From contig CAZNOF010000002.1 of NCBI GenBank assembly GCA_964574595.1, forward strand, positions 25,413 through 69,972: a DNA stretch of 44,560 nucleotides. Direction: 5' to 3'. The position numbers were made by a program, and so were the translations under genes. Below the pieces are notes generated by a model. The model was not told the DNA's origin. It saw only the letters and a program-made list of their open reading frames with translations, and searched no databases. This stretch comes from an uncultured Pseudomonadales bacterium (GTDB lineage Bacteria; Patescibacteriota; Microgenomatia; UBA1400; PJMF01). Positions 35,254-44,447 of this stretch are shown one piece after another; the first letter of the stretch is position 1, and each line of letters starts with the position of its first letter.

Positions 35254-36158
35254 TGGGTATACTCCTTTGAGGAAGAGATGTGGCTCCAAAGTTGCTTTTT
35301 CCCATGGTCTTCGAGAAATGGCAGTGCCACGACCAAAAGAATCTGTAACGCTAAGGCACAGCTCATCCAAAATGGTTTCTTGAGTAAGTATTTTCCGTAA
35401 GCACGTAACTTTGACTTTCTGGAAACGTCGTATTCAGCTTCAGCTTTAAGATTGAAGTAGGAAAGAATATTATCTTGTGAGTTAATAAATCGAGACCCTT
35501 GTAATAGGAATTCTTTGAGACTACTTGGTAATTGAAAATAAATGACAGCATCTTTCGCGAATACAAATTTCCAGCCTTGCTGAAGTGCAAAAAAGTATAA
35601 GTAATGATCATTTGCCACAATGTTGTTTGGAAGAGGATGATCTTTAATTAACTGAGTTCTGACTGCAGAAATCCGACCAGGATGGTTATGTACGTTGTTA
35701 CCTTGTTTTATTCGCTGAGTAATTGATTTCCATGCAAATTCGTATGTTTGAAGCGCTCTCTGTACCATGGTTTTGGGTTTAGAAGGCAAGTCGTTTCCAC
35801 CAACCAGCCCAACCTGAGGATCGCTAAATGGAGCGATGAGTTTGCTCACAAGTAGTGGATCGGTGATTTTAATATCTGCGTCAAAGGTAATAAAGATGTC
35901 ACTTTTACAGATTTGGTACAGCTCGTTAAGGCGTTGAGCCTGACCTTTTCTCAGTCCGTCGTTAATGACGTACGCATAACTTTTGTCTGAAACAGTAGAG
36001 ATGGCAGTGGCTGCTATTTTGTCAGTACATCCATCACAAACAATATAGAGTGCTTCTAATTTATAGCCCTCTTGGTCTTGTTTGCTTAGAGCTCTCAAGA
36101 GTTGTGCAATATTCTTTTCTTCGTTATGTGCTGGAATGCCAATGGTGACAGTTAACAT
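35250..36158 (-). CDS. GT2 glycosyltransferase (type A, copy 1)
   Basis: IGIPAHNEE, CDGCTD, DAD and ANDHY motifs; aligns end to end with 31718-32635. Confidence 0.9.
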   Translation of the reverse strand: MLTVTIGIPAHNEEKNIAQLLRALSKQDQEGYKLEALYIVCDGCTDKIAATAISTVSDKSYAYVINDGLRKGQAQRLNELYQICKSDIFITFDADIKITDPLLVSKLIAPFSDPQVGLVGGNDLPSKPKTMVQRALQTYEFAWKSITQRIKQGNNVHNHPGRISAVRTQLIKDHPLPNNIVANDHYLYFFALQQGWKFVFAKDAVIYFQLPSSLKEFLLQGSRFINSQDNILSYFNLKAEAEYDVSRKSKLRAYGKYLLKKPFWMSCALALQILLVVALPFLEDHGKKQLWSHISSSKEYTQ

Positions 36159-36167
36159 AGGGTATCT

Positions 36168-37265
36168 TTATGCCTTCTTAAAAAATGCCTTTATTTGCTC
36201 TGAGACTTGATCAACATCTTCATCTGTCATGTACTGATGAAGCGGAATTGAAAGAATCCGTTGAGTGGCATTTTCCGTTTTGGGGAAAGAAAGGTTGTTA
36301 TATTCGGCGTAAACCTGTTGTTTGTGAATTGGAACAGGATAGTGAATTAATGTTTGAATTTGTTTCTCTTTTAAGTACTCTGCTAGCTCGTCTCTTTTGT
36401 CAGTGGCAATTACAAATAAGTGAAATGCATGTTGTTCCCAATCACGTACTTTTGGTAAATCGATTTCAGTGCAGTCAGCCAAGTTCTTTACATATCTTTG
36501 CGCAATTGCTTGTCTACGAGCTACTGCTTCAGTCAGTTTTGAAAGTTTGACTAACAGGATGGCAGCTTGGATTTCATCCAGCCTACTGTTGTAGCCCACT
36601 GTTTCGTGATAGTACTTCACTTTTTGACCGTAATTTCTTAGCATTAGAAACTTTTCGTTGAGTTCTGCGGAGTTAGTGACGAGTGCTCCAGCATCTCCAA
36701 ATGCACCGAGGTTTTTAGTTGGATAGAAACTAAAGCAGCCAATGTCCCCAAATGTTCCCGCAAACTTGCCATTTTTCTTGGCACCATGAGCTTGACAGGC
36801 ATCTTCAATCACAAAGAGATCGTGTTTCTTTGCAATCTGGCAGATGTTTTCAATGTCACATAATTGTCCGTATAGATGAACAGGAATGATAGCTTTAGTC
36901 TTTTCAGTAATGGCTTGCTCAATCTTATTTGCATCTAAGTGGTAAAAGTCATCTATGTCAACGAAAACGGGTTTAGCACCTAATAGAGAAATTGGGAGTG
37001 ATGTAGCAATAAATGAATGAGTACAAGTGATGACTTCATCACCAGGACCAACACCGATTGCCATCAATGCTATTAAAAGTGCTTCCATGCCGTTTGCAAC
37101 ACCACAAGTGAACTGAACATCATTGGCTTCACTGAAAGCTGTTTCAAAGGCCTTGAGTTTGCCACCTAAAATATACCAACCACTTCGTAGTGTTTCTAAA
37201 ACAGCTTTTTCAATTTCTACTTGAAAAAGAGAGTAGTCTTTATGTGTGTCGAAAATTTCGATCAT
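36168..37265 (-). CDS. fdtB: DegT/DnrJ/EryC1/StrS PLP-dependent sugar aminotransferase (FdtB/QdtB-like)
   Basis: VANGMEAL, IEDACQAHG, SFYPTKNLGAFGDAG and GYNSRLDEIQAAIL motifs; adjacent to an FdtA-like gene. Confidence 0.9.
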   Translation of the reverse strand: MIEIFDTHKDYSLFQVEIEKAVLETLRSGWYILGGKLKAFETAFSEANDVQFTCGVANGMEALLIALMAIGVGPGDEVITCTHSFIATSLPISLLGAKPVFVDIDDFYHLDANKIEQAITEKTKAIIPVHLYGQLCDIENICQIAKKHDLFVIEDACQAHGAKKNGKFAGTFGDIGCFSFYPTKNLGAFGDAGALVTNSAELNEKFLMLRNYGQKVKYYHETVGYNSRLDEIQAAILLVKLSKLTEAVARRQAIAQRYVKNLADCTEIDLPKVRDWEQHAFHLFVIATDKRDELAEYLKEKQIQTLIHYPVPIHKQQVYAEYNNLSFPKTENATQRILSIPLHQYMTDEDVDQVSEQIKAFFKKA

Positions 37266-37771
37266 ATTGTTTTCTCCTTAAAGTACAAAATATCTTGAGT
37301 GTCACGTCCAATAAAGTGTGCTACTGCCTGAACTGCTCTAGCAAGAAATGTTTGGCGATTTTTACGTTTATTTACAATAGACTTGAATGTGGCATAGTCA
37401 CGAATGTAGTCACTTTCGTTGTAGTGCTTTGAAGCAACAACAAAAAGAACTGTATCTTTTTTAAACTCATGCATTTCTCTCCAGATCATGTTCCCCAGGT
37501 AGAGCCCTTTACTGGGTTTATCCAAGATAATTGTCTTTCTCTCTTCACCAGTATCTAGTACGATCTTCAACTTTCCATGAATACAAAAAAGGACTTGCTC
37601 AAGCTGTTGATGAGCATGCTTTCCACGGACATTTCCTTCATCTGCGTTGTAAATCATATAGAAACGATTAATTGGAAAGGGGATATGTTTTTTTGTTTCT
37701 GCAAAACTCAAGCTAGCTTCGTCGACTATGGTAGGAATAGTTATGATTTTATAAAGTGGTTTTTTTGCCAT
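37262..37771 (-). CDS. fdtA: FdtA/QdtA-family cupin (dTDP-4-keto-6-deoxyhexose 3,4-ketoisomerase)
   Basis: IPFPINRFYMIY, VRGKHAH, GLYLGNMIWREM and YNESDYIRDY motifs. Confidence 0.9.
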   Translation of the reverse strand: MAKKPLYKIITIPTIVDEASLSFAETKKHIPFPINRFYMIYNADEGNVRGKHAHQQLEQVLFCIHGKLKIVLDTGEERKTIILDKPSKGLYLGNMIWREMHEFKKDTVLFVVASKHYNESDYIRDYATFKSIVNKRKNRQTFLARAVQAVAHFIGRDTQDILYFKEKTI

Positions 37772-37775
37772 AAAA

Positions 37776-38906
37776 TTATCTCAAGCCTTTTCTAGGTGTT
37801 TTCTTGTCTAAGATTTCATAGAAAAACGCTTCAAACTGGTCAGCGGTATTATCCCAACTGAACTGCTTGGCAAAACTTCGACACTTGTCATACATTTTGG
37901 ACAAGTTTGGATTTTCCATTGCAGATAAAAGTGTTTTGGCGTAGTCGTCAGTATCAAATGGCTTTGCTTTAAATCCGTATTCATTGGTAATGAACTTCAA
38001 CTCAGGAATATCAAAGCAGGCAATCGGTAAGCCAGCGGCCAATGCCTCTAAACCAAAGATTGGTAAGTCATCGTATCGTGATGAGAATGCCACAAATGCA
38101 GCCTTTGAGAGTACGTCGAGTTTTTTCTCGCCAAAGGTTGAACCAATCATTTTCACTTTGTCTTCTAATTTGTAGTCATGAATAAGTTGTTCGACCTTTT
38201 GTTGATCAGCACCATGACCGGCAATAACTAAAGGATACTTTGCCTTTTTAGCAATTTTGGCATATGCCTCTAACAACAGGTCGATACCTTTTTGATCAAC
38301 ATCTAATCTACCTAAGAAGAGAATGTATTCAGCCTTTTTCCGTTTAATTTCAAAGTACTCTTTATCAGCACCTTGAAGGACGATTCTGGCCTCAATATGA
38401 GGATTTCTTTTTTGCATTCTGGTCAGAATGTCTTTAGTGTATGGCAAGAAATATCGATAGTAGGGCAGTAAGGCATACTCAATCCAGTGAAATGGTAATT
38501 TGTACTTTCTGGAGAACTCGGCAGCTGCAAATTGCGAGGGGAGCCCCACCACAGGTGCTTTTGCATACAACGGACTGCCCATCGTTGAGATTGGGGCGGT
38601 GAAACACTCAATAATGATATCTGTCATTAATTTAGGAACTGCAAAAGGTAAGGCGAAGAAGTAGGCAAAGTTGTTAAGTCTGATGAATTTTGATCCTAGG
38701 CCAATGTGTTTGTAGTAAATTCCGTTTTCGACTCGATCTTTATATCCAGGGTATTTTGAACACAAAGACGTCACAGTATGACCCTTCTCAACCAATCTCT
38801 TTCCAACGGCGACCGTGGCAAGTGATTGACCGCCGGCCAACAACGGATTCTTGACGTCGTCAAAGTCTAAATAGGTAATTCGTAACTTTTGTTTATTTTT
38901 ATTCAT
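37776..38906 (-). CDS. GT4 glycosyltransferase
   Basis: AGGQ N-terminal motif, FLGRLDVDQKG, and DDLPIFGLEALAAG (E-x7-E variant). Start is ATG 38906, overlapping the upstream stop by 8 nt. Confidence 0.9.
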   Translation of the reverse strand: MNKNKQKLRITYLDFDDVKNPLLAGGQSLATVAVGKRLVEKGHTVTSLCSKYPGYKDRVENGIYYKHIGLGSKFIRLNNFAYFFALPFAVPKLMTDIIIECFTAPISTMGSPLYAKAPVVGLPSQFAAAEFSRKYKLPFHWIEYALLPYYRYFLPYTKDILTRMQKRNPHIEARIVLQGADKEYFEIKRKKAEYILFLGRLDVDQKGIDLLLEAYAKIAKKAKYPLVIAGHGADQQKVEQLIHDYKLEDKVKMIGSTFGEKKLDVLSKAAFVAFSSRYDDLPIFGLEALAAGLPIACFDIPELKFITNEYGFKAKPFDTDDYAKTLLSAMENPNLSKMYDKCRSFAKQFSWDNTADQFEAFFYEILDKKTPRKGLR

Positions 38907-41900
38907 ACACTTCCACAACACCTGCCTGTGCAGTTGCTTCACTTGTTATATTCATTGATGACTCTAATACTGCCAAAAACTTTTGTGCGTTCTTATTCCA
39001 CTGAAAACCTTGTGCCCATTTATATGCAGCTGACGAAAGTTTTGTTCGCTTTTTACCATCTTGGATCAAATCAATAATTGCATCAGCCAGCTGATCTGGT
39101 TTTTTTGGAGCAACAAGTACGCCAGTTACTCCATCCTGAATAGAGTCTTTTAGTCCTTTTACATTTGAGGCGATGACTGGAGTCTTTGCGGCATTTGCTT
39201 CAATGACAGTAATACCCCAACCTTCAATCATTGATGGCTGAACAGCAATCCAACTCTCAGCAAATAATTCGGCTTTTTCTTTGTTGGTGATATTGCTTCT
39301 AAATTCGATATTTTGGCTCAAGTGTAGCTTTTCGGTGAGTTGAATGAGTCCAGTTCTGGCCTCACCTGATCCGCCAATAGTGAGTTTTGCATTAGGGTAT
39401 TGTTGTACTACTTTACTGAATGACTGAATCAGTACGTCTACATTCTTATATGCTTTGAGTCTACCCACATATACCAGAGAAGGATGAGTTGTCTTCTTTT
39501 TTGTGACAAATGCTGATGAACTTACTCCTGGATTCACAATATCAATAGAACTCGTATCTCCCAAACCGATTTTAATTATTTCTGCTTTAGAAGATTCAGA
39601 AACAGTAATGATTTTTTGTGACTTGTAGAAAACCGGCATGACCGTTCCTTCAATAAAGTTAGCTACGGCAGCTAATGGGAAGGATAAGTGTTCTCGAAAA
39701 ACTTCCTGATGAATATGGTGAATTAAGAGAAATTTTGGTTTTCGAGCGTAGAGTGGCGTTAAGAATGGAATGCCGTTTTCGCAGTCAATAATCACATCAA
39801 AGTGATTTCGGAGCTTAAGTGTGTAGTAAATGAATGCCCAGAAATACACTGTGTAAAAGCCACCTCTGCGAATAACTTGCACACCATTCACCTTTTCGTT
39901 TCTTGGACTCTTACCATCATTTCCACAGAAAATCGTGACAGAATGACCGGTCATTACTAAGTGTTCAGCAATTTCTTGAATATAGCTTTCAGCGCCGCCA
40001 GCCCAAACATGTTTCGTATCTCGCCAGTTAAAAAAGAGAACGCTGTAGTTGTCTCGGAGTAAATCTGACTTCTTGCGTTGAGGTAATTTGGCAAATAAAT
40101 CTAAAGCGTCAGTAAAATTAGTTAATGGGGTTTTGATTTTGTCATAAAACCAATCAAGAAGTGCAAGCACTACTAAGTTAGCTAGACCAGTCAAAAACAT
40201 AATATAAATAATGTCTTGCAAATTGCGATGGAAGAATGCAAAACCTGCCACTTGGAAAATTGCCAGTACAAAAGCTACAAATGGGAAAAGATAATTGCGT
40301 TTTGCTAAATGATAGTTTGCATAGACCTGAGAAATATTAAATAAGGCGATTCCAAGACAGTAGAGAGGCAAATAGCTGGCAATGGCAATCAATTTTTGAC
40401 TATAAAGAGCAGCTCCAAACCTTGGCAGAATCAGTCCCAAACAAATAAATCCGGCAAAACTCACAAAGGCTGTGGACCAAATTAAAATGACAAATGGACG
40501 ATCCGTTTTCTTACCGCTGCCTTCATGATGAGAAATGATGGGCGTAATAAAGGTCAAAATTAAATTTCCTGCAAAGTAAATAATTTTCCCGATCAGTCCT
40601 AAGAATGCATACTTTCCTGCTTCTTCTGCACCTAAGTAGTGAGCTACGAGAAGATTGTCTAGACTAAAGAAAGCGATGGTTGATAGCCCTGCTAACAGTG
40701 CCAGCCAGAAAAACTTAGGTGGCAAGTTAAAGTTCTTAACATCTGCTATGGTGTCTTTTTCTTTTCTAGCATAGTAGTAAGCAACTAAAAAGCTGACTAC
40801 GGTTGAGATTGGGATTGCTAAGTAAAGCATCCGACCCCATTGCAAGTGAGCAATGACCACAGTACTTATGATCCTAACTAAAGGCTCAACAATTGCCACA
40901 AGCGCCACCGCGCCAAACATCATTCGACCTTTGATATATCCACGGTCCACGTTCGTTAAGACAGTAATCAAAAGAAGTGGAGCAAATACCAAAATTGGTA
41001 CGATAGTCGGAGTTCCAAAAAGGGTTTGCAAAAGTGGAGACAAGGCTATCCAAAGACAAACTGCCACAAGACTAATAATGAGCGAACTTCTTCGAATTGA
41101 TCTCCAAAATTCATAGATCGAATTACTCTTGTATTTACCTGTTAAGTACGCAGTTTGATGATTAATTGTTGTAGCGAGAGCACTCGTTGGAATCATTAAA
41201 AGGTACAGGATACTCGTAAAGGTATTGACCACCCCAAAATCGGCAAATGGTAAGACGTGACCAGTATAAATATTGGTTAACAGGTTCAGCACGTTTGCTG
41301 AGATATTTGCAATAATGAGGAAGAAAGCTGCTCTATATGCTGGTTGCTTGCATTTTTCAATGAAATCACACAGAGCTTGTTTGTTCAGCTTCTTTCTAAG
41401 TAGGGTAAATCGGTTGACTCTTTGTGAAGTAATAGTTAGAACAGGCTCTGCTTTTTTCTCGATCATCAACTCAGTTTCTACTTCAGCATTAACCACTGTA
41501 TCAGCAACTGCATTTTCCGCTGCTTCTTCAAGCTGCTTTTTGACATGCAGACCATGAACAGTTTTTTCCCAGTAGTGTGGTTTTACGATAAGTTGGTAAA
41601 GGGCAATCGTGGCCGCGACACTGACGAGTAACCAGTAAACTGGAATTAAAAATACCCATTTGATGATTGTCCAGTGATCTCGTTTGGCCGCACCAATCAT
41701 GTAGTAGTAGATAAAGAAAAAGTTTCCAAAAACAAGGGATGTCACAGCCATGTAAAAGACTGAGGCCGGGTAGAAGGATTCAATTGTAGGTCCAACAAGA
41801 GCGTAAAGCGCAAAATAAGATGCTGTTAATAACCACATAAATGGGTTAATTAACATGAAGGCAATTTTCCCACCCATGACCAATTGGAATAAGAGTGCGT

Positions 41901-43683
41901 GCAACCCATACTCTTTGAAAAACTTGTATGGATTTCGCATGTGGACCAAGTAGGTCTGCATGTAGCCTTTGATCCATCTTGATCTTTGACGTAGCCAGTT
42001 GCTCCAGCTACTATTTGCTTCTTCTAGAGTAATTGAGTCAATGATGGCGGTTCTTCCGCCACGTTTAAACAATCGAATTCCTAGGTCAGCATCTTCAGTG
42101 ACGTTGAAAGAGTCCCAACCTTCCAGATCTTTAAGATCTGAGGTACGGAAGTGGTTACTGGTACCGCCTAGGGGTAAGGATGTTTCAATACTTTGCAAGC
42201 CGGTCAGTACAACGTCAAACCAAAGAGAGTACTCAGCAGTAAAAAAGCGGGTTAATAAGTTCTGGTGAGGGTTATAGAAATTTAACTTGGCCTGAATACA
42301 CTTAACTGCTTCCGGAGATTTTAGGAAAGCTAAATAGACTTTCTTCAATTGAAGTGGATCTGGTACATCTTCAGCATCGTAAATAACCAAAAACTCGCCT
42401 TTGGCAAAATGAAGGCCATAGTTACATGCTTTCGGTTTGGTCTTCGGTTGAGAGTCTGGAACTACTTGTACTGTCACGAAAGGAGGTAACTTCATTTGGG
42501 AAGCAGCTTTAATGGTTACTAAGTCGTCTGCTTCTAATAATAAGATGACGTCAAGTTTCTTTTTTGGCCAGTCCATTTTTTCAATAGCTGACACAAACTG
42601 TGGCAACACGTGCGCTTCTTTATAAAGAGGGCATAGCACCGTATATATAGGTAAGTCTTTTTCTGATAAAGAAGAAATTTCTTTAGGTTCAATTTTCAGT
42701 TCTGGAGGTTGGTGCAAGCTTTTTAAAATGACGTAAAGATTAAAAAAGACATCTACAAAGTAGATAAAACTAAGTACTGCAACAAATAGTTTGACAGTTC
42801 CAACGAAATCTAAGAAAAGACTGCCAATAAAAAATGATCCTAAAGCAATTAGGAAAGCCCTTTGTGGTGATGTTAAAACATTGACAGCTGAGTCATCAGA
42901 AAGCAGGGTGGTATGAGTGATAAATCGCTTGCCCTTGTGATACATTCCAGCACCAAGCATATTTTCTTGACTGTCCGGCAGGATTTGTATGTTTCGTTTA
43001 TGCTTCAATTTATAGGCAACCGCTTGACCACCAATTTCTTTTACAGAGGTTAATAAATGAATCTTAGACTCACCTTTTGATCGTTTCTCAAAAGTGATGG
43101 AAACTTCATCAATTGAGTAGCCTAAGTTCATAGCTGTCGTCAATAAAGGAATATCTAGTGTCCAGGCAGTAACTTGACTGGTTTGTAAATGAGAAATGAC
43201 CTCTTTAGAAAATACTTTCAGACCAGACTGAACATCACAATGTAACCCATGTAGAACATTGCCAAAGAACCACTGGAATCCACGACTTAAAAAATGTCGA
43301 ACTTTACTTTCTTGATAGTCGTGACGACGGGCCACCACAACGGCTCCTGCTTGGGCTTTCTCCAGCATTTCGGGAATGGCTTCTGGGGGATACTGCAGAT
43401 CGGCGTCGATCATTGCTAAGTAAGGTGCTTTAGCTGCTTTTGCTCCTTCAAGAATTGAGTAAGCTTTTCCTTTATTTCCTTTTTTTGAAAGAGCAGTAAT
43501 GGGATATCTCTTGGCTAAAGATTGCAAAATTTTTAAACTACTGTCTGTAGAATGGTCATCGACAAAGTAGAGATGGTATGAGATTTTAGCTTTGTGAAAT
43601 GTGCTATCGAGTCGACCAATTAACGCAACTAAATTTTCAGCTTCGTTATAGACTGGGATGATGACGTCAATTTGCGATGGCAT
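38899..43683 (-). CDS. 1594-aa fusion: DPM1-like GT2 + processive synthase-type GT2 + Wzx-like flippase + GT4
   Basis: aa 1-225: IIPVYNEA, DDHSTD, DADLQYPP. aa ~270-710: PLYKEA, KPKACN, YDAED (42367-42378), GGTSNHF, TED (42091-42099), QRSRW (41974-41988), with flanking TM helices. aa ~785-1180: about 12 TM helices with FADFGVVNTFTSI and GAEEAGKYA. aa ~1210-1580: FNWRD..AGGAE, VGRLKAYKN, EGWGITVIEA. Confidence 0.9.
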   Translation of the reverse strand: MPSQIDVIIPVYNEAENLVALIGRLDSTFHKAKISYHLYFVDDHSTDSSLKILQSLAKRYPITALSKKGNKGKAYSILEGAKAAKAPYLAMIDADLQYPPEAIPEMLEKAQAGAVVVARRHDYQESKVRHFLSRGFQWFFGNVLHGLHCDVQSGLKVFSKEVISHLQTSQVTAWTLDIPLLTTAMNLGYSIDEVSITFEKRSKGESKIHLLTSVKEIGGQAVAYKLKHKRNIQILPDSQENMLGAGMYHKGKRFITHTTLLSDDSAVNVLTSPQRAFLIALGSFFIGSLFLDFVGTVKLFVAVLSFIYFVDVFFNLYVILKSLHQPPELKIEPKEISSLSEKDLPIYTVLCPLYKEAHVLPQFVSAIEKMDWPKKKLDVILLLEADDLVTIKAASQMKLPPFVTVQVVPDSQPKTKPKACNYGLHFAKGEFLVIYDAEDVPDPLQLKKVYLAFLKSPEAVKCIQAKLNFYNPHQNLLTRFFTAEYSLWFDVVLTGLQSIETSLPLGGTSNHFRTSDLKDLEGWDSFNVTEDADLGIRLFKRGGRTAIIDSITLEEANSSWSNWLRQRSRWIKGYMQTYLVHMRNPYKFFKEYGLHALLFQLVMGGKIAFMLINPFMWLLTASYFALYALVGPTIESFYPASVFYMAVTSLVFGNFFFIYYYMIGAAKRDHWTIIKWVFLIPVYWLLVSVAATIALYQLIVKPHYWEKTVHGLHVKKQLEEAAENAVADTVVNAEVETELMIEKKAEPVLTITSQRVNRFTLLRKKLNKQALCDFIEKCKQPAYRAAFFLIIANISANVLNLLTNIYTGHVLPFADFGVVNTFTSILYLLMIPTSALATTINHQTAYLTGKYKSNSIYEFWRSIRRSSLIISLVAVCLWIALSPLLQTLFGTPTIVPILVFAPLLLITVLTNVDRGYIKGRMMFGAVALVAIVEPLVRIISTVVIAHLQWGRMLYLAIPISTVVSFLVAYYYARKEKDTIADVKNFNLPPKFFWLALLAGLSTIAFFSLDNLLVAHYLGAEEAGKYAFLGLIGKIIYFAGNLILTFITPIISHHEGSGKKTDRPFVILIWSTAFVSFAGFICLGLILPRFGAALYSQKLIAIASYLPLYCLGIALFNISQVYANYHLAKRNYLFPFVAFVLAIFQVAGFAFFHRNLQDIIYIMFLTGLANLVVLALLDWFYDKIKTPLTNFTDALDLFAKLPQRKKSDLLRDNYSVLFFNWRDTKHVWAGGAESYIQEIAEHLVMTGHSVTIFCGNDGKSPRNEKVNGVQVIRRGGFYTVYFWAFIYYTLKLRNHFDVIIDCENGIPFLTPLYARKPKFLLIHHIHQEVFREHLSFPLAAVANFIEGTVMPVFYKSQKIITVSESSKAEIIKIGLGDTSSIDIVNPGVSSSAFVTKKKTTHPSLVYVGRLKAYKNVDVLIQSFSKVVQQYPNAKLTIGGSGEARTGLIQLTEKLHLSQNIEFRSNITNKEKAELFAESWIAVQPSMIEGWGITVIEANAAKTPVIASNVKGLKDSIQDGVTGVLVAPKKPDQLADAIIDLIQDGKKRTKLSSAAYKWAQGFQWNKNAQKFLAVLESSMNITSEATAQAGVVEVYE

Positions 43684-43896
43684 TAAATGATCGTGATGTT
43701 TTATGAGCGTTTGTAATACAGATTACTATAATACGAAAGCAAATTATACAGTAAAACATCCTATAAACAACTAGAAAATTTACTATTTGTAGCGTACAAA
43801 TGCTTGAAAGTAGAGAGAAGTGAATCTTTCAGCGCTTTTTCAGGTTAGGGAGTATTCGAAGCCTATAGTTTGCAAAAATTCAGTGATTTTTTACTG

Positions 43897-44346
43897 TTAG
43901 CGCAAATGTGCTAATAGTTCTTCAACTGCTCGTTCACTACTTTTCCAGTGACTGACCTCTTTGCCGCGTTCATTAATTTGCACAAGCTCATCTTGAGCGA
44001 CAACATTGTATTTTGCTTTAAGTTCTTTATTCGTGTCAATATTCACTCGGAATATCACAACATCTGCTGGTATTTGTTGAGCATGTTCCTGGAAGTTTTT
44101 CTCCACTAAATAGCAAGTTGAACACCAGCTTGCTTGAAAAAAGAGAACGACACGCTTGTGTTCCTGAAGCTTCTGATCAGCCAATTCTGGACTGTATGTC
44201 AGAATTGGTACATTTTCATTTGCCGTGAATGTTTTTTGATTACAGGTTTGCTCTTTGGCTAAACATGGGTTGAGTTTAGCTGCCAAAAATGTAGCTCCAA
44301 TAAGTGATAGGCAAAGTAGAAAAGTGAACTGAGTCTTGTTTCTCAT
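43897..44346 (-). CDS. Exported thioredoxin-fold protein
   Basis: LFFQASWCSTC (CxxC) after an N-terminal signal/anchor; ATG 44346 follows TGaCATAAT-N7. Confidence 0.85.
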   Translation of the reverse strand: MRNKTQFTFLLCLSLIGATFLAAKLNPCLAKEQTCNQKTFTANENVPILTYSPELADQKLQEHKRVVLFFQASWCSTCYLVEKNFQEHAQQIPADVVIFRVNIDTNKELKAKYNVVAQDELVQINERGKEVSHWKSSERAVEELLAHLR

Positions 44347-44447
44347 GTGGCACATTATGTCAGAACTGCTAAAAAAAACCAACGACTAGACTTATCGTAG
44401 TAAAAAGATTGTTTGATTTCTTGAGGAATTCCAGATATGATCATTTT

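Noticed and set aside
31726-35370. N-terminal extensions of the GT2 ORFs (31726-31827, 35254-35370) and of the GT4 (38907-38942) given in the ORF track
   Set aside because: They overlap upstream genes extensively; downstream ATGs give coupled stop/start junctions and match the paralog lengths.
26990-42270. Numerous 60-145 aa ORFs inside the glycan locus (for example 28927-29364, 36185-36550, 41273-41557)
   Set aside because: They are nested in or antisense to well-supported enzymes, with no motifs or expression signals.
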